Assembly: GCF_009931435.1 (NCBI RefSeq)
Contig: NZ_CP043414.1
DNA length: 64,000 bases
DNA from: Escherichia coli
GTDB taxonomy: Bacteria; Pseudomonadota; Gammaproteobacteria; Enterobacterales; Enterobacteriaceae
Direction: 5' to 3' (one strand)
The notes below the pieces were generated by a model, which was not told where the DNA came from, did no database searches, and worked only from the letters and a program-made list of their open reading frames with translations. The position numbers and the translations under genes were made by a program. Of this stretch, positions 62,362 through 64,000 are shown one piece after another; position 1 is the stretch's first letter, and the number at the start of each line of letters is the position of its first letter.

Positions 62362-63065
62362 GACTGTTCTCCATAAGCGAACTCATGGGCCATCCGCGCC
62401 CGTCGCCAGTGGCGTTTCCAGTGCTCGGTGGTTTTGACATGATTTTTGCGTACATACTTGAAGACGTTATGCGAAAAGTCAGCGACGGAAAACGCATCAC
62501 TATTCCGGCTGACAATGCCTTCCAGCGTACAGGGTTGCCCGGTTTGCGTATCCCAGGGATCGAACGCGCCGCGCGCATTGGTCAGCGCCAGAAAATCACG
62601 TTGCCAGCTTTTTTCATCATTCCCCGGCTGCGGGCCGGAGATTTCGGGAACGCAGGGGAAATCAAACAGAGCGGCGTAAAACTGCACCTCTTCCCAGCTC
62701 AGCCACATATCCTGGCAGCGAACGGCAAACAGATAAAAATCCTGCTCCAGGGCGCGATATTCAATCGAATGAACGGCATAAAGATTTTCACCAAACAACT
62801 CCAGATCGCCGAGATCGTTTTTCAGCGATTGCCAGCGTTGGCGAATTTTATAGGTCCATGCCGATTCCGTTGGCGCGGCATGGGAACGGGCAAACACGCC
62901 GAAGCGATTAAGACAGTTATTTTCGCCGTCGAGTTTTTCAGTATGTACCAACTGCGAAATTGCCTGCATATCTTGCCAGTAACTGGCGTTAATGCGGTCA
63001 TCGCTGGTGGTGCCAGGGGAGAAGGGATAATGCCAGGTTCTCCCGTATTTACGTTGGATAATCAT
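62358..63065 (-). CDS. minimal ATP-dependent polynucleotide (RNA/DNA) ligase, nucleotidyltransferase domain only
   Basis: 235-aa ORF with covalent nucleotidyltransferase motifs: motif [10 protein letters not shown] (KxDG lysine), motif [12 protein letters not shown], motif [10 protein letters not shown], motif V FKYVRK. Confidence 0.7.
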   Translation of the reverse strand: MIIQRKYGRTWHYPFSPGTTSDDRINASYWQDMQAISQLVHTEKLDGENNCLNRFGVFARSHAAPTESAWTYKIRQRWQSLKNDLGDLELFGENLYAVHSIEYRALEQDFYLFAVRCQDMWLSWEEVQFYAALFDFPCVPEISGPQPGNDEKSWQRDFLALTNARGAFDPWDTQTGQPCTLEGIVSRNSDAFSVADFSHNVFKYVRKNHVKTTEHWKRHWRRARMAHEFAYGEQS

Positions 63066-63287
63066 AATAATCCATTATTTTGTGTGTAATAAATGTACGC
63101 CCGCGTGGGTGCGAGTTATGGGGTTAAAAGAAAAATGTGAGTATCACCCGCGAAAGCGAGGGCGAAGAAAAAAGAGAGTTAACAACCTGAGCGAATGCTC
63201 AGAACCGATTAATGGTGAATGGAAGAGTTTGGGGCGGCGAAAAGATACACCGTTTGAGATGATAAAACAACCGTTTACAGAATGAGC

Positions 63288-63316
63288 AAATAAAAAGGGA
63301 GCCGCAGCTCCCTTTG
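63288..63316 (-). terminator. rho-independent terminator downstream of emrB
   Basis: Minus strand: aaagggagctgcggctcccttt followed by TTATTTG. Confidence 0.65.
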
Positions 63317-63322
63317 ACAACC

Positions 63323-64000
63323 TTAGTGCGCACCGCCTCCGCCGCCACCTGCGCCAAATGGCGGTTTAGCAAACCACACCAGCCCCAGCAGGACGAGGAA
63401 TATCCCGGCTGACATCCAGAAGATCTCATTGGCGGAAATAATCAGCCCCTGATTAGTGATCTGCTGGGCAATCCAGCCTGATGCCTGTTGTTGCGTCATC
63501 CCCAGCCCTTCCAGTTGGCTGTACATCGCCTGAGCGTTCGGGTTAAACGGGTTTACCGACTCGGTTAACTGTGCGTGGTGCATCGACTCGCGGTTGGTCC
63601 ACATAGTCGTCGTAATGGACGTGCCGATAGATCCCGCCAGCGTTCGCGTAAAGTTGGAGAGACTCGATGCCGCCGCCAGTCGTTCCGGTGGCAAACCGGA
63701 CAGCGTAATGGTGGTCAGCGGCATAAAGAAGCAGGCCACCGCGAAGCCCTGGATAAACTGCGGCCAGGCCGACGCACCAAAATCCATACCCGGTTCAAAG
63801 GTATAGGCACGCCAGTAGAAGCAGACGGCATACATAATAAAGCTGAAGGTTACCAGCCGCCGCATATCCAGTTTATGCGCGAAGCGGCCGATAATCGGCG
63901 ACAGGATCACCGGAATAATCCCTACCGGCGCAGAGGCAAGCCCCGCCCAGGTTGCTGTATAGCCGTAGACTTCTTGCAATAACTGCGGCAGCAGAACAAT
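63323..64000 (-). CDS. emrB: multidrug efflux MFS transporter EmrB, C-terminal part (5' end beyond window)
   Basis: Frame continues to the window edge; membrane protein ending …FAKPPFGAGGGGGGAH; convergent with luxS. Confidence 0.85.
   Translation of the reverse strand: MVLLPQLLQEVYGYTATWAGLASAPVGIIPVILSPIIGRFAHKLDMRRLVTFSFIMYAVCFYWRAYTFEPGMDFGASAWPQFIQGFAVACFFMPLTTITLSGLPPERLAAASSLSNFTRTLAGSIGTSITTTMWTNRESMHHAQLTESVNPFNPNAQAMYSQLEGLGMTQQQASGWIAQQITNQGLIISANEIFWMSAGIFLVLLGLVWFAKPPFGAGGGGGGAH

Noticed and set aside
63082-63285. 67-aa ORF in the intergenic region between the ligase gene and emrB
   Set aside because: Highly basic, low-complexity translation with no ribosome-binding site; the region more plausibly holds the emrB terminator and the promoter of the ligase/HD-Pnk operon.

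Overview
Enterobacterial chromosome, almost certainly Escherichia coli, syntenic with the K-12 surE-pcm-nlpD-rpoS ... mutS ... hyp/hyc ... asc ... norRVW ... srl/gut ... recA-alaS-csrA ... gshA-luxS-emrB interval, read in the opposite orientation to K-12 numbering. I call about 60 protein genes, tRNA-Ser plus four tandem tRNA-Arg genes, the MicA sRNA, several REP/BIME clusters, terminators and sigma54/LexA/NorR sites. All gene identities come from reading the supplied ORF translations and from recalled K-12 gene order; no database search was run. Against that conserved backbone, five stretches are absent from the K-12 gene order as I recall it: (1) hosA plus a UbiX/UbiD-type hydroxyarylic-acid decarboxylase operon between rpoS and ygbN; (2) a secreted Sel1-repeat protein between mutS and pphB; (3) a secreted hypothetical protein plus a higB-higA toxin-antitoxin pair between hycI and ascB; (4) a small two-helix membrane ORF between mltB and pncC; (5) a translationally coupled two-gene cassette between luxS and emrB, encoding a minimal ATP-dependent polynucleotide ligase and an HD-phosphoesterase/P-loop kinase. 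The last is the best candidate for an uncharacterised nucleic-acid end-healing and sealing system here. Separately, rpoS carries an in-frame TAA at codon 42, so full-length sigma-S cannot be made from this allele. I found no CRISPR array, integrase, transposase or prophage structural genes.
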